The notes beneath the pieces were generated by a model. It was given only the letters and a program-made list of their open reading frames with translations, did not search any database and had not been told where the DNA came from. Of a DNA stretch of 64,000 nucleotides, positions 52,799-64,000 are shown piece after piece. Positions within the stretch are counted from its first letter, which is position 1. Every line of letters begins with the position of its first letter. The stretch is taken from positions 170,996,001 through 171,060,000 of the forward strand of contig OX597817.1 in NCBI GenBank assembly GCA_951406725.2, written 5' to 3'. Made by a program: the position numbers and the translations under genes. Source of the DNA: Octopus vulgaris. Lineage: Eukaryota.

Positions 52799-55700
52799 TA
52801 AAATTTTCGGTGAAAATTATTGAAAATGTTTTGGGGAAAATTTTCTGTGAAAATTTTCGAAAAACTTTTATTTAAAATTTTCAGTGAAAATTTTTGAAAA
52901 ATGTTTTGGTAAAATTTTCGGTGAAAATTATCGGAAAATTTTCAAAAACTTTCGGGTAAAATTTTAAAAAGTTTTTGGGAAAAATTTTGAATAACTTTTG
53001 GTGAAAAATTTTTCAAAAATTTTTGGAGAAAATATTCAAAAAATTTTTGGGTAAAATTTTCGAAAAATTCTTAGCTAAAATTTTCGGTGAAAATTTTCGG
53101 CAAAAATTTTTATGTAAAATTTTCTGTGAAAATTTTCGGTGAAATTTTCGAAGCATTTTTGGGGAAAATATTCGGTGAAAATTTTCTAAACATTTTTGGG
53201 TAAATTTTCGGTGAAAATTTTCGAAAAGTTCTTGGGTAAAATTTTCGGTGAAAATTTTCGAAAAATTTTTGGTGAAAATTTTCGGTTAAATTTTCGAAAA
53301 ATTTTTGGTCAAATTTTCGGTGAAAATTTTCGAAAAATTTTGTGGGGAAATTTTCGGTGAAAATTTTCGCCAAAAATTTTTATGTAAAATTTACGGTGAA
53401 AATTTTTCGGTGAATTTCTCGTAATTTTCCCCAAAATTTTTCGAAAATTTTTGCCGAAAATTTTCCTCAAAAATTTTAAGAAAATTTTCACTGAAAATTT
53501 TACCAAAAAATGTTTCGAAAATTTTCACCGAAAATTTTCTCCAAAAATTTTTCGAAAATTTTCACCGAAAACTTTCCCCAAAAATTCTTCGAAAATTTTC
53601 CGCAAAAATTTTTCGAAAATTTTCCTCAAAAATTTTTCACCGATTTTGGCACCGCTGGCCTTCCATACTTTGTGATTTTGGCACAGCTAGCCTTCCATAC
53701 TTTGTGATTTTGGCACCGCTGGCCTTCCATACTTTGTGATTTTTCTGACAAAATTTTCGAAAAGTTCTTGTGGAAAATTTTCGAAAACTTTTTGGATAAA
53801 ATTTTCGGTGAAAATTTTCGAAAACTTTTTGGGTAAAATTTTCGAAAAATTCTTGGGAAAATTTTCGAAAAATTTTTGGTTAAAATTTTCGGTGAAAATT
53901 TTCGAAAAATTTTTGGGGAAATTTTCGGTGAAAATTTTCGGTAAAAATTTTCGAAAAATTTTTGGGGAAAACTTTTGGTGAAAATTTTCGAAAACTTTTT
54001 GTCTAAAATTTTCGGCAAAAATTTTCTAAAAATTTTTGGGTAAAATTTTCCGTGAAAATTTTCGAAAAATTTTTTCAATGAAAATTTTCTGAAAACTTTT
54101 GGGTCAAATTTTCGGTGAAAGTTTTCGAAAAAGTTTTGGGGAAAATTTTAGAAAATTTTTGAAAGTTTTCGAAAAATTTTTAAGTAAAATTTTCAGTGAA
54201 AATTTTTGAAAATTTTTTGGGGAAAATTTTCGGTGAAAATTTTTGAAAAAGTTTGGGGAAAATTTTCCACAAAATTCGGTGAAAATTTTAGGAAAACTTT
54301 TGGGTAAAATTTTCGGTGAAAGTTTTCCAAAAAGTTTTGGGGAAAAGTTTAGAAAAATTTTTTGGTGAAAATTTTCGAAAAAGTTTTGAGGAAAATTTTC
54401 GGTGAAAGTTTTCGAAAAATTTTTGGGTAAAATTTTCGGTGAAAATTATTGAAAATGTTTTGGGGAAAATTTTCTGTGAAAATTTTCGAAAAACTTTTAT
54501 TTAAAATTTTCAGTGAAAATTTTTGAAAAATGTCTTGGTAAAATTTTCGGTGAAAATTATCGGAAAATTTTCTAAAACTTTCGGGTAAAATTTTTAAAAG
54601 TTTTTGGGAAAAATTTTGAATAACTTTTGGTGAAAAATTTTTCAAAAATTTTTGGAGAAAATATTCAAAAAATTTTTGGGTAAAATTTTCGAAAAATTCT
54701 TAGCTAAAATTTTCGGTGAAAATTTTCTAAACATTTTTGGGTAAATTTTCGGTGAAAATTTTCGAAAAATTTTGGTGAAAATTTTCGGTAAAATTTTCGA
54801 AAAACTTTTGGTCAAAATTTTCGGTGAAAATTTTCGAAAAATTTGTGGGAAATTTTCGGTGAAAATTTTCGCCAAAAATCTTTATGTAAAATTTACGGTG
54901 AAAATTTTTCGGTGAATTTTTCGAAATTTTCCCCAAAATTTTTGGAAAATTTTTGCCGAAAATTTTCCTCAAAAATTTTAAGAAAATTTTCACTGAAAAT
55001 TTTACCAAAAAATGTTTCGAAAATTTTCACCGAAAATTTTCTCCAAAAATTTTTCGAAAATTTTCACCGAAAACTTTCCCCAAAAATTCTTCGAAAATTT
55101 TCCGCAAAAATTTTTCGAAAATTTTCCTCAAAAATTTTTCACCGATTTTGGCACCGCTGGCCTTCCATACTTTGTGATTTTGGCACAGCTAGCCTTCCAT
55201 ACTTTGTGATTTTGGCACCGCTGGCCTTCCATACTTTGTGATTTTTCTGACAAAATTTTCGAAAAGTTCTTGTGGAAAATTTTCGAAAACTTTTTGGATA
55301 AAATTTTCGGTGAAAATTTTCGAAAACTTTTTGGGTAAAATTTTCGAAAAATTCTTGGGAAAATTTTCGAAAAATTTTTGGTGAAAATTTTCGAAAAATT
55401 TTTGGTTAAAATTTTCGGTGAAAATTTTCGAAAAATTTTTGGGAAATTTTCGGTGAAAATTTTCGGTAAAATTTTCGAAAAATTTTTGGGGAAAACTTTT
55501 GGTGAAAATTTTCGAAAACTTTTTGTCTAAAATTTTCGGCAAAAATTTTCTAAAAATTTTTGGGTAAAATTTTCGGTGAAAATTTTCGAAAAATTTTTGG
55601 GGGAATTTTCAATGAAAATTTTCTGAAAACTTTTGGGTCAAATTTTCGGTGAAAGTTTTCGAAAAAGTTTTGGGGAAAATTTTAGAAAAATTTTTGTTGA

Positions 55701-56600
55701 AAGTTTTCGAAAAATTTTTAAGTAAACTTTTCAGTGAAAATTTTTGAAAATTTTTTGGGGAAAATTTTCGGTGAAAATTTTTGAAAAAGTTTTGGGGAAA
55801 ATTTTCCACAAAATTCGGTGAAAATTTTAGGAAAACTTTTGGGTAAAATTTTCGGTGAAAGTTTTCCAAAAAGTTTTGGGGAAAAGTTTAGAAAAATTTT
55901 TTGGTGAAAATTTTCGAAAAATTTTTGAGGAAAATTTTCGGTGAAAGTTTTCGAAAAATTTTTGGGTAAAATTTTCGGTGAAAATTATTGAAAATGTTTT
56001 GGGGAAAATTTTCTGAAAATTTTCGAAAAACTTTTATTTAAAATTTTCAGTGAAAATTTTTGAAAAATGTCTTGGTAAAATTTTCGGTGAAAATTATCGG
56101 AAAATTTTCAAAAACTTTCGGGTAAAATTTTTAAAGTTTTTGGGAAAAATTTTGAATAACTTTTGGTGAAAAATTTTTCAAAAATTTTTGGAGAAAATAT
56201 TCAAAGAATTTTTGGGTAAAATTTTCGAAAAATTTTTGGTGAAAATTTTCGAAAGAGTTTTGGGTTAAATTTTCGGTGAAAATTTTCGAAAACTTTTTGT
56301 GTAAAATTTTTGGCAAAAATTTTCGAAAAATTTTTTGGGGAAATTTTCGGCGAAAATTTTCGGAAAACTTTTGGGTAAATTTTTCGGTGAAAGTTTTAAA
56401 AAAATTTTGGGGGAAAATTTTCGGTGAAAATTTTTGAAAAATTTTTGGGTAAAATTTTCGTTGAAAATTTTTTGGGGAAAACTTTGGGTTAAAATTTTCG
56501 AAAAATTTTTAGGTAAAATTTTCGGTGAAAATTTTTAAAAATCTTTTGGGGAAAATTTTCGAAAAATTCTTGGGGAAAATTTTTGGTGAAAATTTTCGAG
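52799..56600. repeat. GAAAATTTTC-based satellite, block 2, ~1.5-kb higher-order unit
   Basis: Same subunits; 32-bp cores at 53642 and 55144. Confidence 0.95.
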
Positions 56601-57132
56601 AAGTTTACAGGTGTCATGTACTTTTCCAGGTTTATAATCTTAAGAATATTACTTTTCATGCTTGCATTTTTCCATGTATATATATATAAATACATGAAAG
56701 TACATGAAGTTTGTTAAAAAAAAAGGGGATCATATATATACCTCCTGGCTGTTGAGATTATAACACCTCGTTGTAAACAATGTTCTTTGTTTTTCCTTGT
56801 GGAGCATATACAAAAAGGTTTCTTTTGGCTCCTACTCTTGAGCAGCCAACATACAGTTGCCCATGCGAGAAGCAGGGCTCTTCCAAGAGAAGACCAGCTA
56901 CAGAGAGGGTTTGACCCTGAGATTTGTTAATGAACATGGCAGAGCTGACTCAAAGGGGGAATTGCAGTCTTCTGAATGTAAATGGAATTTCTGCTCCTGA
57001 TAGAGTAAGAGGAATTCTTGGAATAAAGACGTCATCACCTTTTCCACATCCAGAAAGAATGATCGCCTATCTTCCCAGTTAGCCTTCCTTTGATATTGCT
57101 GCACCTTTTGTGTCCATAGATTATACTGGGTA

Positions 57133-59092
57133 CCGTTTTTGACGGCATATAGGACGCACTTTTTTCCAAAAAATTTGGCTCAAAAAATCGCCCTGCGTCT
57201 AATATGCGAAGTCAAGACCCTCCCGTAGGCTAATCTTCTCCCAGACGCTCACTAACCTAGCTTACGATAAGTATTTCTACCTACGCTAACGCCTTAATGA
57301 TATTTTCCGTACTCATGCATCATTATTTTATTGCTATTATTATTATCATCATTATTATTACCAGTATTATTACTTTAAAATACGAATTATCGTAAAAATC
57401 AAAGCAATCTACCGTAAATTGTTAGGCTGCGATTCATGACACACGTTTACTAATATCAGCTGATCGGAACCCTAACTCGATGCCATCTGACGGTGAGGAG
57501 TAAAACTACGGAATGCACATGATCGTTGCGAGTTCGTGTATATACGGAGGTAGGTTGGATATCTTGGTACAACAAAGTTTATGATCATAACAAAACACAC
57601 TACAACAGTACAAGCACCCTCACGGCTATGGCAGCAAAAAGATCAAGCTATAAAATCTACAAACTACGAGTGGTAGATTATGCCAAAGAGCATGGAAATA
57701 GAGCAGCAGCAAGGGTTTTTGGGCCACCACCTACAGAAAAATTTATACGTGTCTGGCGACAGCAAGAAGTGCAGCTGATGAGAGCACAGAAAGGTAAACA
57801 TAACCTTCGTTGCCCAGCCCCACATTGGCCAGAACTTGAGGATGATATAAAAACATGGGTGCTTGATGAGAGAAACTCAGGGAGAAGTGTATCTACCAAA
57901 ATGATAATTCATGAGGCCATGAGAGTAGCAGAACAATGAGGGATACAGAACTTTGCAGGAACAGAAGGTTGGTGTTACAGGTTTATGAAACGGAAGGGTT
58001 TATCAATGCGTACAAAAACATCCATTGCACAAAAAATGCCTGCTGATTATGAAGAAAAAATATTAGATTTTCATAGATTTGTTATAAATGCGAGAAAGAA
58101 AACTTGTTTTGAACTGGGCCAAATAGGGAATATGGACGAAGTTCCACTCACATTTGAGGTACCATCCAACAGGACTGTGAGTGTCGAAGGGTCTAAAACG
58201 GTTTCGATAAAAACCACTGGCCACGAAAAGACCCACTATACAGTAGCTCTGGCCTGTTGTGCTGATGGCATAAAACTGCCACCTCTTTTGATATTTAAGA
58301 GAAAAACTCAGCCTAAGGATAAAATTCCAAGAGGTGTACTAGTTCATGTTCACGAAAAAGGCTGGATGGACGAAAATGGAATGAAACTGTGGTTACAAAA
58401 TATATGGTCAAGGCGTCCTGGTGGACTATTAAGAAAACCTTCTCTTCTGGTTTGGGATCAGTTTAGAGCACATAGAACTGAAGCCATAAAAAAAAGGGTG
58501 GGAGAATTGAAAACGCAGCTGTCATTCCTGGTGGACTGACGAGCCAATTGCAGCCTTTAGATATGTCTGTGAATAAGCCATTTAAGCAGAACATGCGTGA
58601 ACACTGGAACAAGTGGATGGCAGAGCCACATCATGCCCTCACACCCACAGGAAGAATGAAGCGGCCCACCATTGCTGAAGTGTGTGAGTGGGTGAATAAA
58701 TCTTGGGATGATGTTAGGCCTGAAATCATTGTGAAGGCTTTTAAGAAGTGTGGCATTAGCAATGCCCTTAATGGCACAGAAGATGATGCATTATTTGAAG
58801 ACAGTGATTTCAGCAGTAGTGATGAAGATGTTCCTTGTTTTGAAGATGATGAAGACTTTTCTGGTGTAGAAGATGATGAAGAGTTTTCTGGTTAAAAAGA
58901 TGATTAAAGATGATTACTATTGTAATTTGCATGCTTTCCTTTTGTATGCTTGCTTTTATATAGCAATGTTTTCTGCTTTTGTAATGTGTTGCTAGACTGC
59001 TTTCAACAATATATGCTTAAATACACTTAAAACTTTTTTCCTGAATTTGACCTGCTGAAATGAGGGTGCGTCTAATATGCCGTCAAATACGG
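57133..59092 (+). mobile_element. Complete pogo-family DNA transposon, copy 2
   Basis: Same TIRs, TA TSD and identical flanks as copy 1. Confidence 0.95.
57628..58895 (+). pseudogene. pogo DD35D transposase, nonsense codon plus frameshift
   Basis: CGA>TGA at 57937-57939; retains KLPPLLIFKRKT; shares the frameshift before VIPGGLTSQLQPLD. Confidence 0.93.
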
Positions 59093-59190
59093 TACATCTT
59101 GTAGAGTTTCTACCTACACCTTTTCTACAGATCGAGCAGGGCCATCTACCTGAAGGTTATATACATATATATGTACATATATATATATAT

Positions 59191-61100
59191 AACGGGAAGC
59201 TTTATGAAAATAGACAAAAGACGAAGGCAGGTTTACGGAAATAAACAAAAGACGAAGGCAGGTGGAATACAAACAAACAATTGTATTAGTATGGCGCTCA
59301 GGAAATATAAATAAAACAAGTCTTTAACGTTTCGAGCCTTCGCTCTTCAACAGAAAGATACACAGAGAAGAAACACAGAAAGAAGGAGAGAAAAAAATGC
59401 GTGCAGTAACTAACGAACCAACATGGCGATCTGATTTCGGCCAGAAGTCAAAGATCAAACGTGAGACGCAAGAGCGAAATTAGGGGAGATAATAGGGTTA
59501 AATGACCTCGCTCCAACATAAGAGTGTGTGCGTGTGTATGAGAGAGTATTAGTGCATATGAGAGGTCTGGACGTGTGTATGTATATATGATGTGATGTGT
59601 AAATTCGTATGGTGTAGTGTAGAGAGAGGAGATGAGGGAAGAGGGGGAGGGAAGGGGGAGAGAGGGAAGGGGGAGGGGGAGAAAGAAAGGGGAGAAGAGA
59701 GGAGAAGGAAAGGGGAGAAGAGGAAGGGGAAGGGGAGAAGGAAGGAGAGGAGAAGAGAAGGGGGAGAAGGAAGGAGAGGAGAAGAGGAGGGGAGAGGAGG
59801 AGGGAGGATAGAGGGAGAGGGGGCGAGAGAGAGAGAAGGGGAGTGAGGGAGCAGAGAGAAAGAGGGAAGGGGAAGAGGGAAGAAGGAGGGAGGGAGGGAG
59901 AAAGAGGGAAGAAGGGAAGAGGAGTAGGGGTGAAAGGATGAAGGACTGAAGAGAAGTAGGGGTCGGGGGGGGAGGTTAGATGAGGAGGGAGGAGGGGGGG
60001 GTTAGATGAGGAGGGGGGGGAGAGTTGAGACCAAATGGCGTATAAGAGCGAAGAGAGAAGATTAATTCCTGTTCACGGCACAAACGGGAATCCGGATGGC
60101 CTCTGTGTAAGGACAAACCGAACACAGACAGGTGTTGCAAAGAGTGACCGGTGGGGCGGAAATGGCGTGAGACCGGTGTGTCGTTGGTAAGGCGGATGTC
60201 ACGGAGGTGTTCCGCGAACCGGTCAGCCAAGCGGCGTCCCGTTTGTCCGATGTACAGGGAATGGCAAAGAGAGCAAGAGACGCAATAGATAATATTGCTG
60301 GAGGTGCAGGTGAAGGAGTTGATGATGCGATAGGGTCGATGATGGGTGCCAGTGAGGAGGGTGGTGTTGGAGAGGTAAGGGCAAGTGCGGCAACGTGGGC
60401 GGGAGCAGGGGAACGAGTCAGGTTGGGAGGTAGGGTCAGGGAAGGAGCTATGGACCAAAAGGTCTCGAAGGTTATGAGCTCGTTTGAAAGAGGGGGGGGT
60501 CGGTTAGGGAAGAGGTGTGAAGTGGACGGGTTGGACTAGAGATGACGAAAAGCTCGAAGAATGGTGCGTTGGAGAGGTAGGGTCGTAGGGTGGTAAGTGA
60601 GGGGAAAAGGGAGGCTGGAGACTACAGGGCGGGTTCGGGGAGAGAGAGCAGATACACGGTCCAGGGAACGTGCTCTGGCAAGGGCGGTGTGGATAGTGGT
60701 GAGGGGGTATCCACGTAGGAGGAAGTGGTGAGCCATACGTTGAGACTGAGTCTCAAAGTCATGGTCGTCACTACAGAGCCTACGTAGATGGAGGAATTGG
60801 GAATAGGGGATGGAAAGCTTGGTGTGTTCTGGGTGGGAGGAAGAGAAGTTGAGGTATGAGTGTGAGTCTGTGTGTTTGTAGTGAATGGAGGTAGTAAGAG
60901 TGGAGTGAAGAATGCTAACCGAAATGTCGAGGAAGGAGACAGATGTGTTGGAGATAGTGGAGGTGAAGTGGAGGGCTGGATGGAAAGATTGAACGAAAGA
61001 GAGGAAGGAATCTAGATGTTCACGGGAGAGTGAGGTGGCACCGATAATGTCGTCAATGTAACGACCGTATAGTTCAGGAGTGGGACCAGTGAAATTAGAG
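59191..61100 (-). mobile_element. 5'-truncated Penelope-like retroelement, Neptune-type (RT C-half, Cys linker, GIY-YIG)
   Basis: RYIDD, FLD, YKHTDSHSYLNFSSSHP..SIPYSQF.LRRLCS; CxxxxCxxC linker FPCSRPRCRTCP; GIY-YIG; stop at 60536-60538 and a frameshift near 60495. Confidence 0.95.
59321..59358 (-). ncRNA. Minimal hammerhead variant in the PLE 3' terminus
   Basis: TCTTT CTGTTGA AGAGC-gaag-GCTC GAAA CG TT AAAGA; palindromic AACGTT stem III; non-canonical CUGUUGA box. Confidence 0.7.
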
Positions 61101-61102
61101 AA

Positions 61103-61455
61103 CGGGTTCAGTCCCACTGCATGGCATCTTGGGCGAGTGTCTTCTGCTATAGCCCCGGGCCGACCAATGCCTTGTGAGTGGATTTGGTAGACGGAAACTG
61201 AAAGAAGCCTGTCGTATATATGTATATATATATGTATGCGTGTGTGTTTGTGTGTCTGTGTTTGTCCCCCCAATATTGCTTGACAACTGATGCTGGTGTG
61301 TTTACGTCCCCATCACTTAGTGGTTCGGCAAAAAGAGACCGATAGAATAAGTACTGGGCTTACAAAAAATAAGTCCCGGGATCGAGTTGCTTGACTAAAG
61401 GTGGTGCTCCAGTTTGGCCGCAGTCAAATGACTGAAACAAGTAAAAGAAGAAAAA
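61103..61455 (+). mobile_element. CORE-type SINE (family A) lacking its A box, fused head-to-head to the PLE
   Basis: Starts at B box gggttcagtccc immediately after PLE RT sequence. Confidence 0.88.
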
Positions 61456-61471
61456 GAAAAAATGTGTATGA

Positions 61472-61512
<41 letters not shown>

Positions 61513-61519
61513 CATGTAT

Positions 61520-61675
61520 AATAAAAAAAAAAAACGAGTAAAAAGACAACATGAAAAAACAACAATGTGAGGACTGTTCTTCGGACAGTTTTTAACAAAG
61601 CTGTTCGACAAACGGGAACGGGAAACTCTGAGTAACAGCTTTTGTTACATTTCTGCTGCTTTTAAATAAAGCATA
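61520..61675 (+). mobile_element. PLE-terminus-like module with degenerate hammerhead (61601-61638)
   Basis: CTGT TCGACAA ACG-ggaa-CGG GAAA CTCTGAG TA ACAG between TA tracts; homologous half motif at ~1915-1968(-). Confidence 0.55.
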
Positions 61676-62657
61676 TATATATATACATCATTCATACAAA
61701 ATTGACCCTATACCATCAAAATTATGTCAAGATCAAATGAAAAACTAATCAAGTGGAAATTTTTCTTGATACCCTGCTTTATTCAATGTCATTCCTAATG
61801 ATATTTAAGAATTAAAAGTCGATCACAAAACTTCTCTCCTGATTGAATCTGAATAAATTCATCAAAACAAAGTTTTAACACTTGGATATGTTCCTACACA
61901 CAACAACTGGTTATGTGAATGAGAAATGGAGTCTTAATGATCGTGTAACAGCTGCCATTGATATATTAACATGGGCATTACTAATTAGTTAATGCAGATT
62001 TTTGTAATGAATAAAATGAGACAGGTTTTATTAATGACTGAATGCGTCGCATACAGTTAACGCAACTGGTGCTTGGAAGTAGTGCAGCTTTTAACATAAG
62101 TGGTAATAAATTATCACTGTTAATATGTAGTGCTAAGTAGTTCATCATCATCATCATCATCACCAACATCATCATTACCAACATCATCATCATCATCATC
62201 ATCATCACCAACATCACCATCATCATCATCATCATCATCGTTTAACGTCCGCTTTCCTTGCTAGCCTGGGTTGGACGATTTGATTGGGGTCTAGTGAACC
62301 AGAAGGCTGCACCAGGCTCCAATCTGATCTGGCAGAGTTTCTATAGCTGGATGCCCTTCCTAACACCAACCATTCCGAGAGTGTAGTGGGTGCTTTTACG
62401 TGCCACTGGTACGAGGGCCAGTCAGGTGGTACTGGCAACGGCCATGCTCAAATGGTGCTTTTTATGTGCCACCTGCACAGGAGCCAGTCCAGTGGCACTG
62501 GCAACAATCTTGCTTGAATGTTTTTTCACGTGCCACCAGCACAAGTGCCAGTAAGGTGACACAGGTAATAATCATGCCAGCTTGTTGCTCTGGCAATGAT
62601 CTCACTCGTATGGTACTCTTAGCGCTCCACTAGCAACGGATGCCAGTCATCGAATTA

Positions 62658-63437
62658 GAATGGAGAATAGAAATGTAAAAAGAAATTAGGAATAAAAAAT
62701 ATTTTTTAGAAAAGGGATAAAAACATAAGAGTGTAAGAAGAGGGAGGAATTTAAGCAAGGTTATTTGACTGGTAGTATTCAATAGCCCTATTTTGCCTTT
62801 CATCCAATCAGGGTCGATATATTTAGTACGAATTGCTAATTGGGGTCAATCTAATCAACAACCTCCCTCCCCCAAAATTCCGGGCCTTGTGTCATAGAAT
62901 TGAAAAGTAGTCAATAGCTCTAATGAATACTATCAGCATTTGTCTTATGAAGAAAGGCTGAAGACGCTCGACCTTTATTCTCTAGAAAAACGACGATGCC
63001 GTGCTGATCTCATTCTCACTCACAACATCATAAGCGGAAAGTGTAACCTCTCGAAAAAGCTGTTCTTCACTCCTGCTCCAGAGCGTCGGCTGCGGGGTCA
63101 CTCCAAAAAGCTCTATCTGCGACGATTTCATCTCAATCGAAGGAGAGAGGCTTTCTCCGTCCGGGTTGCGGATCCGTGGAATAAGCTGCCGGACGAGATA
63201 TTGAAGATGCCGACGACCGCTCGGTTCAAAGTCTCTCTTGACCAGAAATGGCCTGAACTCTTTGCATGAACACCCTAACTCCATGTCCCCCTTGCTTTTT
63301 GCTTTTTGAGCCAAAAAATTAACTTAACTTAAATAACTTTGCTTAAATTCTGCACTCCTCTCACTCCCTTATGTTTTTATTCCTTTTTTTTAATTTTTTA
63401 TTCCTAATTTCTTTCTACATTTATATTCTTCACTCTT
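62658..63437. repeat. Old fold-back with ~108-bp arms enclosing SINE D and CR1 insertions
   Basis: 62658-62767 versus 63331-63437 (aaatgtaaaaagaaattaggaataaaaaat / attttttattcctaatttctttctacattt). Confidence 0.8.
62938..63335 (+). mobile_element. 5'-truncated CR1-group LINE 3' end
   Basis: SYEERLKTLDLYSLEKRR.RADLI..RLRGHSKKL..AFSVRVADPWNKLP; (AACTT)n tail. Confidence 0.92.
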
Positions 63438-63640
63438 ACGGTGCTCTCTACACATTCTAATCGATTCTTTCATGTGTTAACAAGTACTTTTTTGTGGCAA
63501 TGTAAACTTTCATGCAATCAAAATACCCTTGGCCCAATGAGGAGCCTGTAGTATACCCCTCGCTTGGATATTTACCATTTCTGAGGTTCTGCTCACTATG
63601 AAAGATTTGTAGCCTGGATCTTACCTCTTGTATACATACA

Positions 63641-63672
<32 letters not shown>

Positions 63673-63699
63673 CATACATATACATACATATATATATAC

Positions 63700-63762
<63 letters not shown>

Positions 63763-63768
63763 ATAATG

Positions 63769-63835
<67 letters not shown>

Positions 63836-64000
63836 TAATAATAGGGAATATAATTCTAAACTTACAGGGAATATTCAATTTAGCAATTCTAAATCAAATT
63901 TCACAATATATAATATATGTATATAATTTAGAGAAAACCATCTATTAAACAATCCAATAATATGTAATTATGAAATACTATTTACTACTATTTACTATTT

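Noticed and set aside
42303-56695. K/F/N-rich ORFs
   Set aside because: Translations of the A4T4 satellite on both strands.
63457-63628. Possible terminal exon on the minus strand
   Set aside because: The ORF starts in a microsatellite; no recognisable homology and no clear acceptor.

Overview
A 64-kb, AT-rich, repeat-dominated animal genomic window. The SINE repertoire (tRNA-headed CORE-type SINE with a central microsatellite, RTE-tailed modular element) suggests a coleoid cephalopod, probably Octopus; this is inference. I found no intact host protein-coding gene, and most ORF-track entries are microsatellite or satellite artefacts. Contents: about 20 SINE copies of four families; decayed mariner, maT-like, hAT, Helitron, CR1, RTE and L1/Tx1 pieces; two TTAA MITE families; a 79-copy 49-bp satellite grown inside a retroelement; two blocks of a GAAAATTTTC-based fold-back satellite; and a ~3.7-kb composite (Helitron helicase end + RTE fragment + complete DD35D pogo element + Neptune-type Penelope-like element, PLE) present twice. 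The strongest candidate for an under-described system is a set of short, non-coding PLE-terminus modules from several unrelated families. They carry minimal type-I hammerhead ribozymes and repeatedly occur as head-to-head inverted pairs whose 3' ends abut (TA)n tracts, often inside SINE microsatellites. Also notable are a Helitron head-to-tail (CTAG|TC) junction flanked by a 96-bp duplication and five unrelated long imperfect fold-backs. All alignments and folds were done by eye, so coordinates may be off by a few bases.
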